NCBI GenBank assembly: GCA_902566635.1
Contig: CACFJP010000007.1
Coordinates: 3,061 to 67,060, forward strand
DNA length: 64,000 nucleotides
DNA from: an uncultured Bacteroidota bacterium
GTDB taxonomy: Bacteria > Bacteroidota > Bacteroidia > Flavobacteriales > Flavobacteriaceae
Direction: 5' to 3'
Below are positions 26,266 to 36,474 of the stretch, in pieces. Below the pieces are notes generated by a model, which worked only from the letters and a program-made list of their open reading frames with translations, ran no database searches and was not told the origin of the DNA. The number at the start of each line of letters is the position of its first letter. The first letter of the stretch is position 1. The position numbers and the translations under genes were made by a program.

Positions 26266-27540
26266 ATGGGGTTAGATTTACTCCTTGGACTGCAATGGGG
26301 AGACGAAGGAAAAGGGAAGATTGTCGATGTATTGACAAAGAATTATGATATCATTGCTCGTTTTCAAGGGGGGCCAAATGCAGGACATACACTGAAATTT
26401 GACGGAATTAAGCATGTTTTACACACTATCCCATCAGGAATTTTTCACCCGAATGCATTGAATCTTATAGGAAATGGAGTTGTCATTGATCCTGTGATCT
26501 TTAGAAAAGAACTTGAAAATCTTGATAAATTTCAAATTGATTATCGTCAATCTTTGCTCATTTCGAGAAAAGCTCATTTGATACTACCCACACATCGACT
26601 TCTTGACGCTGCCTCTGAAAAATCAAAAGGCTCTAAGAAAATTGGCTCAACACTAAAAGGAATTGGGCCAACTTATATGGACAAAACAGGTCGCAATGGC
26701 ATACGAATCGGAGATTTAGAGCTTCCTAATTGGAAAGAAAAGTATCGAGAACTTGTAAACAAACATGAAGAGCTCATTGCTTTTTACAAAGTTGATCTTA
26801 CATATGACCTTCAAAAATTAGAGTCCGATTTTTTTGCTGCAATTGACTTTGTCAGAAACAAACTCAGTTTTGTAGACAGTGAATTTGTTCTTGCAAATGC
26901 ACAAGCAGATAACAAAAAAATCCTTGCAGAAGGGGCACAGGGATCATTGTTGGATATTGACTTTGGCAGCTACCCTTTTGTGACTTCCTCCAACACTACT
27001 GCAGCTGGGGCATGCACTGGCTTAGGTGTTGCACCCAATAAAATTGAAGATGTTTTTGGCATCTTTAAGGCCTACACAACTCGTGTTGGCAGTGGACCAT
27101 TTCCGACAGAAATATTTGATGAAACTGGAGAACAAATTGCCAAAATTGGGAATGAGTTTGGTGCTACAACTGGTCGTCCTAGAAGATGTGGTTGGCTTGA
27201 TTTGGTCACACTTAAATATTCTGTACAAGTAAATGGAGTAACGCAACTTATGATGATGAAAGGTGATGTGCTTTCAGGAATTGACAAACTTAAGATTTGT
27301 ACATCGTATGACTATAATGGTGAAACAATTCATCACTTGCCGTTTTCACTAAACGAAGAAAACATTAAGCCAAAATACATCGAGATGAATGGTTGGCATG
27401 AAGATATTACACAATGTACAACTTTTGATGAGCTGCCTTCTCAATTGAAGGGATATGTTACATTTATTGAGAATTTTCTAGAAACGCCAATACGACTAGT
27501 CTCTGTTGGTCCAGATCGTAAGCAAACTATTTTTCGATAA
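26266..27540 (+). CDS. purA: Adenylosuccinate synthase
   Basis: P-loop-like LQWGDEGKGKIVD, GPNAGHT, TTGRPRRCGWLD. Confidence 0.95.
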   Translation: MGLDLLLGLQWGDEGKGKIVDVLTKNYDIIARFQGGPNAGHTLKFDGIKHVLHTIPSGIFHPNALNLIGNGVVIDPVIFRKELENLDKFQIDYRQSLLISRKAHLILPTHRLLDAASEKSKGSKKIGSTLKGIGPTYMDKTGRNGIRIGDLELPNWKEKYRELVNKHEELIAFYKVDLTYDLQKLESDFFAAIDFVRNKLSFVDSEFVLANAQADNKKILAEGAQGSLLDIDFGSYPFVTSSNTTAAGACTGLGVAPNKIEDVFGIFKAYTTRVGSGPFPTEIFDETGEQIAKIGNEFGATTGRPRRCGWLDLVTLKYSVQVNGVTQLMMMKGDVLSGIDKLKICTSYDYNGETIHHLPFSLNEENIKPKYIEMNGWHEDITQCTTFDELPSQLKGYVTFIENFLETPIRLVSVGPDRKQTIFR

Positions 27541-27570
27541 GTAGTAGAAACGTGAAAAACCAATTGAACA

Positions 27571-29214
27571 TTGTCAAAGCATCTACATTTTATCTTTTTT
27601 TTGTTTTTGACACATGCCATTGGTTATGGGCAAGAAACAAAAAAAGTTGATATTCGTCAGGCTGCTTCATTTGAAGTAAATGAAAAGTTGTTTCCCGGTG
27701 CCAAAATCCTAAAATCAAACGCTGAGATTCGTGTGCACCTTCATCATGACGGAATGGATATCTGGTCTGATATAGCATACTTTTATGAAACTGAAAACTC
27801 ATTTGAAGCAGAAGGATATGTAGTTGTAAAACAAGGGGACAGCCTGGAGCTAAACAGTGAATATATAGAGTATAGCGGAACAACAAAACTCGCCATTGCC
27901 AAACGTAAAGTAGAACTTGAAAACAATGAGTCTATGTTGCGAACAGATTCGCTTTTTTTTGATCGGCAAAAACAAGAAGTATATTACCAAACCACAGGTG
28001 AAATTACAAGTGAGGACACAGTGATTCGCAGTCAATCTGGTACTTATGTTGTTGAAGATAAAAAATATGAATTCATCTCCGACGTCGTTGTCACAGACCC
28101 CTCATTCACTATTTTTTCGCAGCGAATGGATTATTATACTGAAGTTCGTCATGCTTATTTTTATGGGGCAACAACAATAAACGGAGAGGGCTATGATGTG
28201 TATTGCAATCGAGGTTTTTTTGACTCCAACCTTAAAAAAGGGTATTTCCAAGACCAAGCAACTGTTGACTATAACCTGAGAAACATCAAAGGGGACAGCA
28301 TTTATTTCGATGATCATATTCAATATGCTGCAGCAACTAGAAACGTGCAAATCTCTGATACAATTGGGAATAATGTCATTTGTGGAGAGTTTGGAGAAGT
28401 ATTTAAATTCAAGGATTCGGCAATTGTAACCCAAAACCCTGTTGCAATAAAACTGGTAGATAGTGACTCTCTGTATATCCACGCCGATACCCTCTTGGCT
28501 ACAGGTCCTGCAGAGAACAGAATACTCACAGGCTATTATGGAGTTCGCATTTATAAAACAAACCTAAGTGGGGTTTCCGATTCTATACACGTCGATCAAA
28601 AATCAGGGCTTATACAGCTGCTTCGCTACCCTATTGGCGATCGAGAATCACAGCTTTTGTCTGCTAGTGATATGACAAAGAGAAATCCTGTTTTGTGGTC
28701 TGGAAAAACACAGATGAGTGGTGATTTGATTCATCTTTTGACAGACTCTACGACGAATGCTATTGATTCGCTTAAGATTTTTAACAATGCTGTTGTGGCT
28801 GAGCAAGATTCTCTCAACCCCCTTCAATTTAATCAAATGAAGGGTATTTATTTGCTTGGTAACTTTGAGGACAATGAGTTAAAGACGATTGTTATCGATA
28901 AAAATGCTGAAATGTTGTATTATTTATATGATGATACCACTAAAGATTTAATTGGAATAGATAAGGCCATTAGCAGTGCCATGCGACTTCAGATAGAGAA
29001 TAATCAAATTCAGTCTATATCTTTTTTAACGAGACCCGATGGGGCTGTTTATCCAATCGAAGAACTACCACTCAATGAACAGAAACTACCGGGTTTTTAT
29101 TGGCGTGGTGATGAAATGATTTTATCAAAAAATTATTTAGTGATTGAAACGACAAAGAAAAATCAAGTACCATCAGAAGCGAGCAAAATCATGGCTGATA
29201 TTAAACAAAAATAA
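27571..29214 (+). CDS. OstA/LptA-like repeat protein (periplasmic or OM-associated)
   Basis: Signal MSKHLHFIFFLFLTHAIGYGQ. Repeated OstA_N-like beta-jellyroll segments are present (e.g. DIWSDIAYFYETENSFEAEGYVVV, RSQSGTYVVEDKKYEFISDVVV). The TTG at 27571 is the only start available, because an in-frame TGA lies 6 nt upstream. Confidence 0.6.
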   Translation: MSKHLHFIFFLFLTHAIGYGQETKKVDIRQAASFEVNEKLFPGAKILKSNAEIRVHLHHDGMDIWSDIAYFYETENSFEAEGYVVVKQGDSLELNSEYIEYSGTTKLAIAKRKVELENNESMLRTDSLFFDRQKQEVYYQTTGEITSEDTVIRSQSGTYVVEDKKYEFISDVVVTDPSFTIFSQRMDYYTEVRHAYFYGATTINGEGYDVYCNRGFFDSNLKKGYFQDQATVDYNLRNIKGDSIYFDDHIQYAAATRNVQISDTIGNNVICGEFGEVFKFKDSAIVTQNPVAIKLVDSDSLYIHADTLLATGPAENRILTGYYGVRIYKTNLSGVSDSIHVDQKSGLIQLLRYPIGDRESQLLSASDMTKRNPVLWSGKTQMSGDLIHLLTDSTTNAIDSLKIFNNAVVAEQDSLNPLQFNQMKGIYLLGNFEDNELKTIVIDKNAEMLYYLYDDTTKDLIGIDKAISSAMRLQIENNQIQSISFLTRPDGAVYPIEELPLNEQKLPGFYWRGDEMILSKNYLVIETTKKNQVPSEASKIMADIKQK

Positions 29215-29215
29215 G

Positions 29216-30406
29216 ATGACTAAAACAATAAGAGATTTTTTCTTTACACATCAAGCTCAAACAACAGCACATCCCATTGGGCTTGAAATAAAGAAGGCAC
29301 GTGGCAGTTATATCATCGATAAAAACAATAAGAAGTATCTCGATTTTGTAGCAGGTGTTTCTGCTTGCACCTTGGGACATTGTCATCCTAAAGTAATTCG
29401 TGCAGTTCGTTCTCAAATGAGAAAATACCTCCACGTTATGGTGTATGGTGAATTTGTACAAAACGAGCCTGTACAACTGGTCAAACTTTTGGCTGATCAA
29501 TTGCCCAAAAAACTCTCTTGCACCTATCTCACAAACTCTGGAACAGAGGGAATTGAGGGAGCACTCAAGCTTGCGAAAAGGGCAACTAGCAGGCAAAATA
29601 TTATCGCTGCCAATAATGCCTATCATGGCAACACTCAAGGAGCAATGAGCGTGATGGGGTATGAAGAGAGAAAAAGAGCTTATCGACCACTAATCCCTGG
29701 AACATCCTATATACAGTTTAATGACTTTGACGATATTGAGAAAATCAATACCAAAACTGCTGCAGTCATACTAGAAACAGTACAAGGAGGTGCAGGGTTT
29801 ATCGTTCCATCCAAAGCCTATGTGAAGGCAATCAGAGAAAAATGCGACAAAGTTGGAGCGTTGCTGATCTTAGATGAAATTCAACCTGGAATGGGTCGAA
29901 CAGGTAAGCTGTTTGCCTTTGAACACTTCGACATTGTTCCTGATATATTTGTTACAGGGAAAGGTTTAGGTGGTGGATTTCCAGTTGGTGCGTTCTGTTC
30001 TTCCAAAGAACTTATGGACCTTTTGCAAGACAAACCAATACTGGGACATATCACTACTTTTGGAGGGCATCCTGTCATTGCAGCAGCATGTCATGCTACA
30101 TTAAAAACGCTTTTGCAAAGTGATTTAATCCCTCAAACGCTTGAAAAAGAAAGATTCATTCGGGAATGCCTGCAACACAAAGGAATCGAAGAAATTCGTG
30201 GAAAGGGACTCATGCTAGCCTTGATCATAACCTCGGAAGAGCTTGCAAAAAAACTGGTAAGAATTGCTTTGGAACGAGGGTTATTACTGTTTTTTTTGCT
30301 GTTTGAAAAGAGAGCTGTTCGAATTACACCACCTTTGACAATCTCCAAAAAAGAGTTAAAAAAAGGCTGCAATACCATCTTAAAAATCCTTGATGAAATC
30401 TGTTGA
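29216..30406 (+). CDS. Class-III (acetylornithine/GABA-type) PLP aminotransferase
   Basis: From the ATG at 29216, 1 nt after the previous stop. LDFVAGVSACTLGHCHP, NSGTEGIEGALKLA, LDEIQPGMGRTGK, TTFGGHP. Confidence 0.85.
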   Translation: MTKTIRDFFFTHQAQTTAHPIGLEIKKARGSYIIDKNNKKYLDFVAGVSACTLGHCHPKVIRAVRSQMRKYLHVMVYGEFVQNEPVQLVKLLADQLPKKLSCTYLTNSGTEGIEGALKLAKRATSRQNIIAANNAYHGNTQGAMSVMGYEERKRAYRPLIPGTSYIQFNDFDDIEKINTKTAAVILETVQGGAGFIVPSKAYVKAIREKCDKVGALLILDEIQPGMGRTGKLFAFEHFDIVPDIFVTGKGLGGGFPVGAFCSSKELMDLLQDKPILGHITTFGGHPVIAAACHATLKTLLQSDLIPQTLEKERFIRECLQHKGIEEIRGKGLMLALIITSEELAKKLVRIALERGLLLFFLLFEKRAVRITPPLTISKKELKKGCNTILKILDEIC

Positions 30407-30467
30407 TTAAATTGTTAAAAACAAAAAATAAATTTATTTAATTCTAAGCCAGCGTGGGGTTAATTTT

Positions 30468-31880
30468 ATGTGTAAGAATTTAAAACATTTGAAAAACCCG
30501 AATTTTAACGAAGACCACAAATCCCCACTCGCTCGTTTTGAGTTGATGTTACATTCAAATCGAGTGTCTTTCTTCGACGCAACTGAATTTGAAGATATCG
30601 TTCAATATTATATTGACTCTGGCAGTTTGCGATTGGCCTATAAAGCATTAGAAATTGGTGAGAATCAACACCCAGATAACAGTGGTTTAAAACTCCTCCA
30701 CGTCGAATTGATGTTACTCAATAATCAGTTTTCGGAAGCTGAGGAACTTATCGATGAACTCAGGGGTGTGGAACCCTACAACGAAAATGTTTATATTCAC
30801 AAGGCAGTTATACTTTCAAAAACTAAAAGACATCAAGAGGCAATTCAGTTTTTGACGAAAGGGTTAAAATATTGCGATAGCAAAGCTGAATTTCATAGCA
30901 TGTTGGCGATGGAATATCTTTTTTTAGATAGTTATACAATGGCCAAAGAGCACTTTATCAAGTGCATAGACGAAAATCCCAAAGACACTAATGCATTGTA
31001 CAACATCATCTATTGTTTTGAATCACTGGAACAACCAGATGGTGCCATTCAATTCCTCAATGGGTACTTAGAAGCAGATCCTTTCAACGAAATCGCATGG
31101 CATCAATTGGGTCGTCAATATGTTAGTAAAGACTTGCTCAAACAGGCCTTGTCGTCCTATGATTTTGCAATCATTTGTGATAATGAATTCATTGGCGCCT
31201 ATTTCGAAATGGGTAAAACACTTAAGAAAATGAAGCGTTATAATGAAGCCATTCTCGCCTTCGAAACAACTTTGTCAATAGACGACCCGACAGCCTTTGC
31301 AATCTTGCACATCGGACTCTGTCATTTTGAGCTAGGTAACAACGAGCTTGCCATTCAGTATTTCAAAAGGACTTTAAACGAAGACCCTTTGTATGACAAA
31401 GCATGGATTGCTTTAATCGATGCCTATCGAGACAATAAAGACTATGAAAAGGCGCTTTATTATGCCAAAAAATCAATCCAAATCGATAACGTGAATGCCA
31501 TCACATGGAAAAAATATGCTGAAATCAACTTCAAATTAGGCTTTTTCGAAGAAGCAAATCTTGGGTTTCAAGAATGTGTCAATTTAGGAAATTATGAAGT
31601 TGACACATGGGTAACCTGGGCAGATGTTCTCAAAGAAATGCATGACTATCCCAGAGCCATAGAAGTCCTACAGCATGGATTAGAATTCCATGTAGAAAGC
31701 AGTGTGATCAACTTTCGCCTAGGTGGTATTTATTTGCTTTCTTCACAATCTCTTGAGGCTAGGTTCTATCTAAAAAACGCTTATATGGCAGACGAAAAAC
31801 AACTCAACCACTTCTTCGAAACTTTTCCACAATTCAAGAGTTCTTCTTTTGTAAAGCAAAGTCTCTCATTGAAGGTGTAA
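30468..31880 (+). CDS. Tetratricopeptide-repeat protein
   Basis: 470 aa with repeated 34-aa TPR-like units (e.g. AWHQLGRQYVSKDLLKQALSSYDFAI, AYFEMGKTLKKMKRYNEAILAFETTL, AWIALIDAYRDNKDYEKALYYAKKSI). Confidence 0.8.
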   Translation: MCKNLKHLKNPNFNEDHKSPLARFELMLHSNRVSFFDATEFEDIVQYYIDSGSLRLAYKALEIGENQHPDNSGLKLLHVELMLLNNQFSEAEELIDELRGVEPYNENVYIHKAVILSKTKRHQEAIQFLTKGLKYCDSKAEFHSMLAMEYLFLDSYTMAKEHFIKCIDENPKDTNALYNIIYCFESLEQPDGAIQFLNGYLEADPFNEIAWHQLGRQYVSKDLLKQALSSYDFAIICDNEFIGAYFEMGKTLKKMKRYNEAILAFETTLSIDDPTAFAILHIGLCHFELGNNELAIQYFKRTLNEDPLYDKAWIALIDAYRDNKDYEKALYYAKKSIQIDNVNAITWKKYAEINFKLGFFEEANLGFQECVNLGNYEVDTWVTWADVLKEMHDYPRAIEVLQHGLEFHVESSVINFRLGGIYLLSSQSLEARFYLKNAYMADEKQLNHFFETFPQFKSSSFVKQSLSLKV

Positions 31881-32818
31881 TGCCCTTCATATTTCGTATT
31901 TTCGCTTCAACAATGATTTCCAATAAATCAGCTTTTATTGTATACCTGAAAGGAATCGCCATGGGAATAGCAGACCTTGTTCCTGGTGTTTCGGGTGGAA
32001 CGATTGCCTTGATTACCAATATTTATGAAGAATTGATTTCTTCGATCAATCGTGTGACTGGAAAAGAAATAGTTGAGCTAATGGGGTCAAACCGAAAGAG
32101 GGCTTGGCAAAACATCAATGGTTATTTTCTTCTTTCCCTTATATTAGGAATTGCAACTAGCATCCTTTTATTGAGTTCTATTATTCAGTTCTTTTTAGAA
32201 AATTATGCCCTATCGCTTTGGTCCTTCTTTTTTGGATTAATTTTTGCAAGTGCAATCTTAATCTGCAAAGATGTCAAACAGTGGTCTGCAACAACAGTCA
32301 TATGCTTGATTTTAGGTGGCATCACATCATTTTTAATCGGATTTCTAACACCAGCTGAGGCTATACAAGCCCTGCCCTACCTCATTTTATGTGGAATGTT
32401 GATGATTATTGCCATGATATTACCAGGGATTTCAGGCTCATTTATATTAGTTCTTTTGGGTGCTTATGAAACTGCACTGTCGACTATCGAGCTGGTTCGT
32501 TCTTTTCAAATACAAGGGTTTATCAACTTAGCAGCTTTTGGGCTTGGAGCACTAGTTGGCATAAAACTATTTGCAAGTTGGGTAGAAAAACTCTTTGCTA
32601 GTGCAAGGGATAAATTACTTACAACCATGTCTGGGTTCATGTTTGGTTCTTTGTATAAAGTTTGGCCTTGGACACAACACTTACCCAACAGCTCCACTGA
32701 TCGTTCCTTTATTATGCCCAAAATAAGCCTTAGCAACTCTGATTTTTGCATTGGCCTTTTTTTTATTATGCTTGGAATTTCAACTATTTATGTATTTCAC
32801 AGATTAAGCAAAAACTAA
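31880..32818 (+). CDS. DUF368-family membrane protein (PopT-type polyprenyl-phosphate transporter family), copy 1
   Basis: Polytopic. Carries both halves of the DUF368 signature: GIADLVPGVSGGTIALI and MILPGISGSFILVLLG. Its ATG overlaps the TAA of the TPR gene (TAATG). Confidence 0.8.
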   Translation: MPFIFRIFASTMISNKSAFIVYLKGIAMGIADLVPGVSGGTIALITNIYEELISSINRVTGKEIVELMGSNRKRAWQNINGYFLLSLILGIATSILLLSSIIQFFLENYALSLWSFFFGLIFASAILICKDVKQWSATTVICLILGGITSFLIGFLTPAEAIQALPYLILCGMLMIIAMILPGISGSFILVLLGAYETALSTIELVRSFQIQGFINLAAFGLGALVGIKLFASWVEKLFASARDKLLTTMSGFMFGSLYKVWPWTQHLPNSSTDRSFIMPKISLSNSDFCIGLFFIMLGISTIYVFHRLSKN

Positions 32819-32822
32819 ACAA

Positions 32823-33788
32823 GTGAATCAAAGGGGGCTTTATGACAATATCTTACTTGTCGTCAAAGGATTGGCGATGGGCATTGCCAACAAAGTACCA
32901 GGAGTTTCTGGGGGTATTGTTGCCATCGTCACTGGCTTTTACCCTGAGTTTTTATTGTCTTTGAAACGTCTGAATTTTAATGCCTTTTTTATGCTCATAA
33001 ACGGAAAGTTTAAGCAATTTTATAGATACACAAACACTTTGTTTCTATCTCTGATTGCTCTGGGAATTGTATTGAGCTACTTTACAGTGTCTAGAATACT
33101 TGATATCGCTCTGATACGTTATGAGCAGTATGTAAAAGCTCTGTTTTTTGGCATGGTTGTCATGTCTGTTCTTGTGTTGATCAGAGATTTTAAGAAATGG
33201 GGGTTGAAATTCCTTTTATTTAGTTTTATTGGACTTCTCGTGGGCATTACACTAACGTTTCTAGATCCAGCTCCAGAAAACAGGAATCTATTTTTTGTTT
33301 TTTTCTGTGGTTTTGTAAGTATCATCGGCATGACACTTCCTGGACTTTCTGGTTCGTTTTTACTCATTCTTTTGGGCAACTATGCCTTGCTGTTGGTCGA
33401 TGCAGTCAACGCAGTTTGGAAATTCGTTTTAGAGCTGATTCAGAATCCCTCGGCATTCAGTACTTTGGCGCAAGAGTATAATGAGCTACTCACCATTTTG
33501 GTTATTTTTATCGTTGGTTCTATTGTTGGATTGGTGAGTATTTCTAATCTACTCCATTACATCATCATTCGATTTGAGCAAAGGCTAAGTGCATTGATTA
33601 TTGGTTTTATCATTGGCTCACTTCCCATCCTTTGGCCATGGTCTGATTTTCGTTTGCTCACCAACCCAAATGAACTTGTGACAACAATTGAATCTACAGA
33701 GCCCAATCTATTTTTTTCAGTCGCATGGATTGGTGTTGGTTTATTTATTGTTTTTATTTTAGACGTTTATGATCGAAAACGACAATAA
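32823..33788 (+). CDS. DUF368-family membrane protein, copy 2
   Basis: GTG start 4 nt after copy 1. GIANKVPGVSGGIVAIV and MTLPGLSGSFLLILLG. Confidence 0.8.
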   Translation: MNQRGLYDNILLVVKGLAMGIANKVPGVSGGIVAIVTGFYPEFLLSLKRLNFNAFFMLINGKFKQFYRYTNTLFLSLIALGIVLSYFTVSRILDIALIRYEQYVKALFFGMVVMSVLVLIRDFKKWGLKFLLFSFIGLLVGITLTFLDPAPENRNLFFVFFCGFVSIIGMTLPGLSGSFLLILLGNYALLLVDAVNAVWKFVLELIQNPSAFSTLAQEYNELLTILVIFIVGSIVGLVSISNLLHYIIIRFEQRLSALIIGFIIGSLPILWPWSDFRLLTNPNELVTTIESTEPNLFFSVAWIGVGLFIVFILDVYDRKRQ

Positions 33789-34518
33789 GCTTTTTGGATT
33801 GTTAGGGAAAGGTATCGGATATTCTTTTTCGAGAAATTACTTCTCAAAAAAGTTTGAAGCAGAAAATCTCAAGCATCAGTATGTCAACTTTGACCTCACT
33901 GATTTGTCGAATTTTGGAGAACTCCTCATGAAAAAAGATATTTCAGGAATTAACGTAACTATCCCTTACAAACAAGATGTGATTCCTTTTTTGGATAAAC
34001 TTGACCCAGTCGCAGAAGCAATTGGTGCTGTGAATACAATTGTTTTTAGAGACGGTGAGAAAATTGGCTATAACACAGATTATATCGGGTTTAAAAAAAC
34101 GCTTCTCCAAAATATAAAAATACATCAAGAACAAGCATTCGTTTTGGGCACTGGGGGTGCCGCAAAAGCAATTTGTTATGTGCTTGAACAACTCAACATA
34201 AAAGTACTTAAAGTTTCTCGTAATGAAGGGAAAGATAAAAAGACCTACGCTCAGCTAACAAATAAAGATTACATTGATCATAAATTGATTATCAATTGTA
34301 CGCCACTAGGTACTCACCCGCACACAGAGGCATATCCACCAATTGATTTTGAGCAAATCAATAATTCGCACTTGTTATATGATTTGATCTACAACCCAGA
34401 AACAACAACATTTATGAAAATGGGTATAGACAAAGGAGCTACAGTGCTCAATGGTTATCAAATGCTTGTGGAGCAGGCAGAAGCCTCATGGTCTCTTTGG
34501 ATGAATGCACACAAATAA
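33769..34518 (+). CDS. aroE: Shikimate dehydrogenase
   Basis: KLFGLLGKGIGYSFS, GINVTIPYKQ, AVNTIV, LGTGGAAKA. Confidence 0.85.
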   Translation: MIENDNKLFGLLGKGIGYSFSRNYFSKKFEAENLKHQYVNFDLTDLSNFGELLMKKDISGINVTIPYKQDVIPFLDKLDPVAEAIGAVNTIVFRDGEKIGYNTDYIGFKKTLLQNIKIHQEQAFVLGTGGAAKAICYVLEQLNIKVLKVSRNEGKDKKTYAQLTNKDYIDHKLIINCTPLGTHPHTEAYPPIDFEQINNSHLLYDLIYNPETTTFMKMGIDKGATVLNGYQMLVEQAEASWSLWMNAHK

Positions 34519-34568
34519 CTAAATCACAAAGATTTACTATCTTGTGAATATCTTAAGTTAACTGAACC

Positions 34569-36473
34569 ATGTTAGATAATGATGCCAATTTGCCAGAAGC
34601 AAATGAAGACAAAGTGGACGAAAAACTCACTAAAAATGAAGTTCAGTCTGAAACAGATGTGGCAGAACCAAACCAGTCGACCGTGGATGAAGGGCAAGAA
34701 AGTCCTGATACTCCTTTGAAAGAGGAGCCTGCTGAAAGTGAGTCTACAGTTGAAGAAAAAGAGTCTGCTGGTCCTTTAAAAGGGGATGAAAATTATGATG
34801 GTCTTGAGCTAGATCAATTACTCAATATCCTTGAGAAAAAAGTAAATGCTGGGAAGGTAATGCAGCATAGAAAAGACTTTGACAAACTTTCAAAATTGAT
34901 TGAAGGAAATTTAGATCAACTGCTAAAAATTAAAAAAGAAGATTTCATCAATTCAGGTGGAGCACCTGATGACTTTTATATCAAACTCCCAGAAAAAATT
35001 ACTTTTGACCAGTTGATGCGTAAGTTCAAATCTGAAAAAGCAAGATATTATCAAGACCTTGAAAAATCGCAACAAAATAATTTGGCCATACGTAAATCAC
35101 TCATAAATGAACTCAAAGGGCTTGTTGGAGTTGATCGCCCCATTTCAGACACCTACAAACAATTTAAAGACTTACAAACACGTTGGAGAGAGTCGGGGCA
35201 TATTCCACAATCAGAGGCAAATAATATTTGGAAAACATATCATCACCATGTAGGTATTTTCTATGATTTTCTTCACCTTAACAGAGAGTTTAGAGAACTG
35301 GATTATAAATATAATTATGAAGAAAAAATTAAAATCATCGAAGAGGTTGAGGCGATGGCAAAAATTGATAATATCCAAAAAGCTTTTAGGAATTTGCAAG
35401 AACTTCATAAACGATGGAAAGATGAGCTTGGCCCTGTCGCAAAAGAGCACGAAGAATCATTATGGGAACGTTTTAGCCAAGCGACTAAAGTGATCCATGA
35501 AAAGAGACAATTTTTTCAAAAAAATCAAACAGAGATATTTAAAGCCAATTTTAATAAAAAAGCCGACTTGATTGCACAAATGCGAAAACTCCAAGAAGCT
35601 GAGGTCAAGACTCACAATGAGATGCAAAAATTGATTAGAAATATGGAGGCTCTACGGTCTTCGTTTTTCGATTGTGGTAGTGTTAGCCGAAGCAAAAGTG
35701 CAGAGATTTGGACGGCATTTAAAGAAGTCATGCGCGCATTCAGTAGGAAAAGAAACTCCTTTTACAAATTACTCAAAAAAGAGTATGCTGAAAACATGAA
35801 AAAGCGAATGGAATTAGTGAAGCAAGTGGAAGAATTACACCAAACAGAAGATTTAGCCTCCTCTACACCAAAGGTCATTGCCATGCAAAAGCAATGGAAA
35901 CAAATGGGACCTGTGTCAAGAAAACAAAACGATAAAGCTTGGAATCATTTTCGCAAAGCATGTAATAATTATTTTGACTTACTTGACAGTCAGAATAATA
36001 AATTATCTGAAGCTGAGCAACTTGCGTATGATCAGAAAAATAAGCTGCTTCAAACTATACAATCGGAAGAAAGTGTTGATAGAGTCATCATTGATAAATG
36101 GACTGAAGATTGGATAGCAATCGGATCTGTGGGGCAAAAAAAGGAGAAGATCAACAATGAATTTTATACTGTTGTCGAACATGCACTGAAACAAAGTGGT
36201 GAAGACAAAGATTTCATTAACGAATACATATACGAAGTAAAGCTCAAGCTCATGGGCGATCGAAACGATCTTGTCCAAAAAGAGAGATCTCAAATAAAAC
36301 AGCGACTAGACAACGCAAAGCAACAATATATTCAGCTTGAGACCAATATGGATTTTTTCACGAAAAGTTCGTCAGAAAATCCATTGGTTGCCAAGGTGAT
36401 GAAAGATCTTGAAAAGCAAAAGAAAATCATCGAAGGTTTGGAGAAAAAATTAAAAGCTTTTAAGAGGCTTTAA
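34569..36473 (+). CDS. DUF349-repeat protein with acidic N-terminal tail
   Basis: Repeated W..F helical units (WKTYHHHVGIFYD, WERFSQATKVIHEKR, WTAFKEVMRAFSRKR, WNHFRKACNNYFD). The first ~75 aa are Glu/Asp/Pro-rich low complexity. Confidence 0.7.
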   Translation: MLDNDANLPEANEDKVDEKLTKNEVQSETDVAEPNQSTVDEGQESPDTPLKEEPAESESTVEEKESAGPLKGDENYDGLELDQLLNILEKKVNAGKVMQHRKDFDKLSKLIEGNLDQLLKIKKEDFINSGGAPDDFYIKLPEKITFDQLMRKFKSEKARYYQDLEKSQQNNLAIRKSLINELKGLVGVDRPISDTYKQFKDLQTRWRESGHIPQSEANNIWKTYHHHVGIFYDFLHLNREFRELDYKYNYEEKIKIIEEVEAMAKIDNIQKAFRNLQELHKRWKDELGPVAKEHEESLWERFSQATKVIHEKRQFFQKNQTEIFKANFNKKADLIAQMRKLQEAEVKTHNEMQKLIRNMEALRSSFFDCGSVSRSKSAEIWTAFKEVMRAFSRKRNSFYKLLKKEYAENMKKRMELVKQVEELHQTEDLASSTPKVIAMQKQWKQMGPVSRKQNDKAWNHFRKACNNYFDLLDSQNNKLSEAEQLAYDQKNKLLQTIQSEESVDRVIIDKWTEDWIAIGSVGQKKEKINNEFYTVVEHALKQSGEDKDFINEYIYEVKLKLMGDRNDLVQKERSQIKQRLDNAKQQYIQLETNMDFFTKSSSENPLVAKVMKDLEKQKKIIEGLEKKLKAFKRL

Positions 36474-36474
36474 T

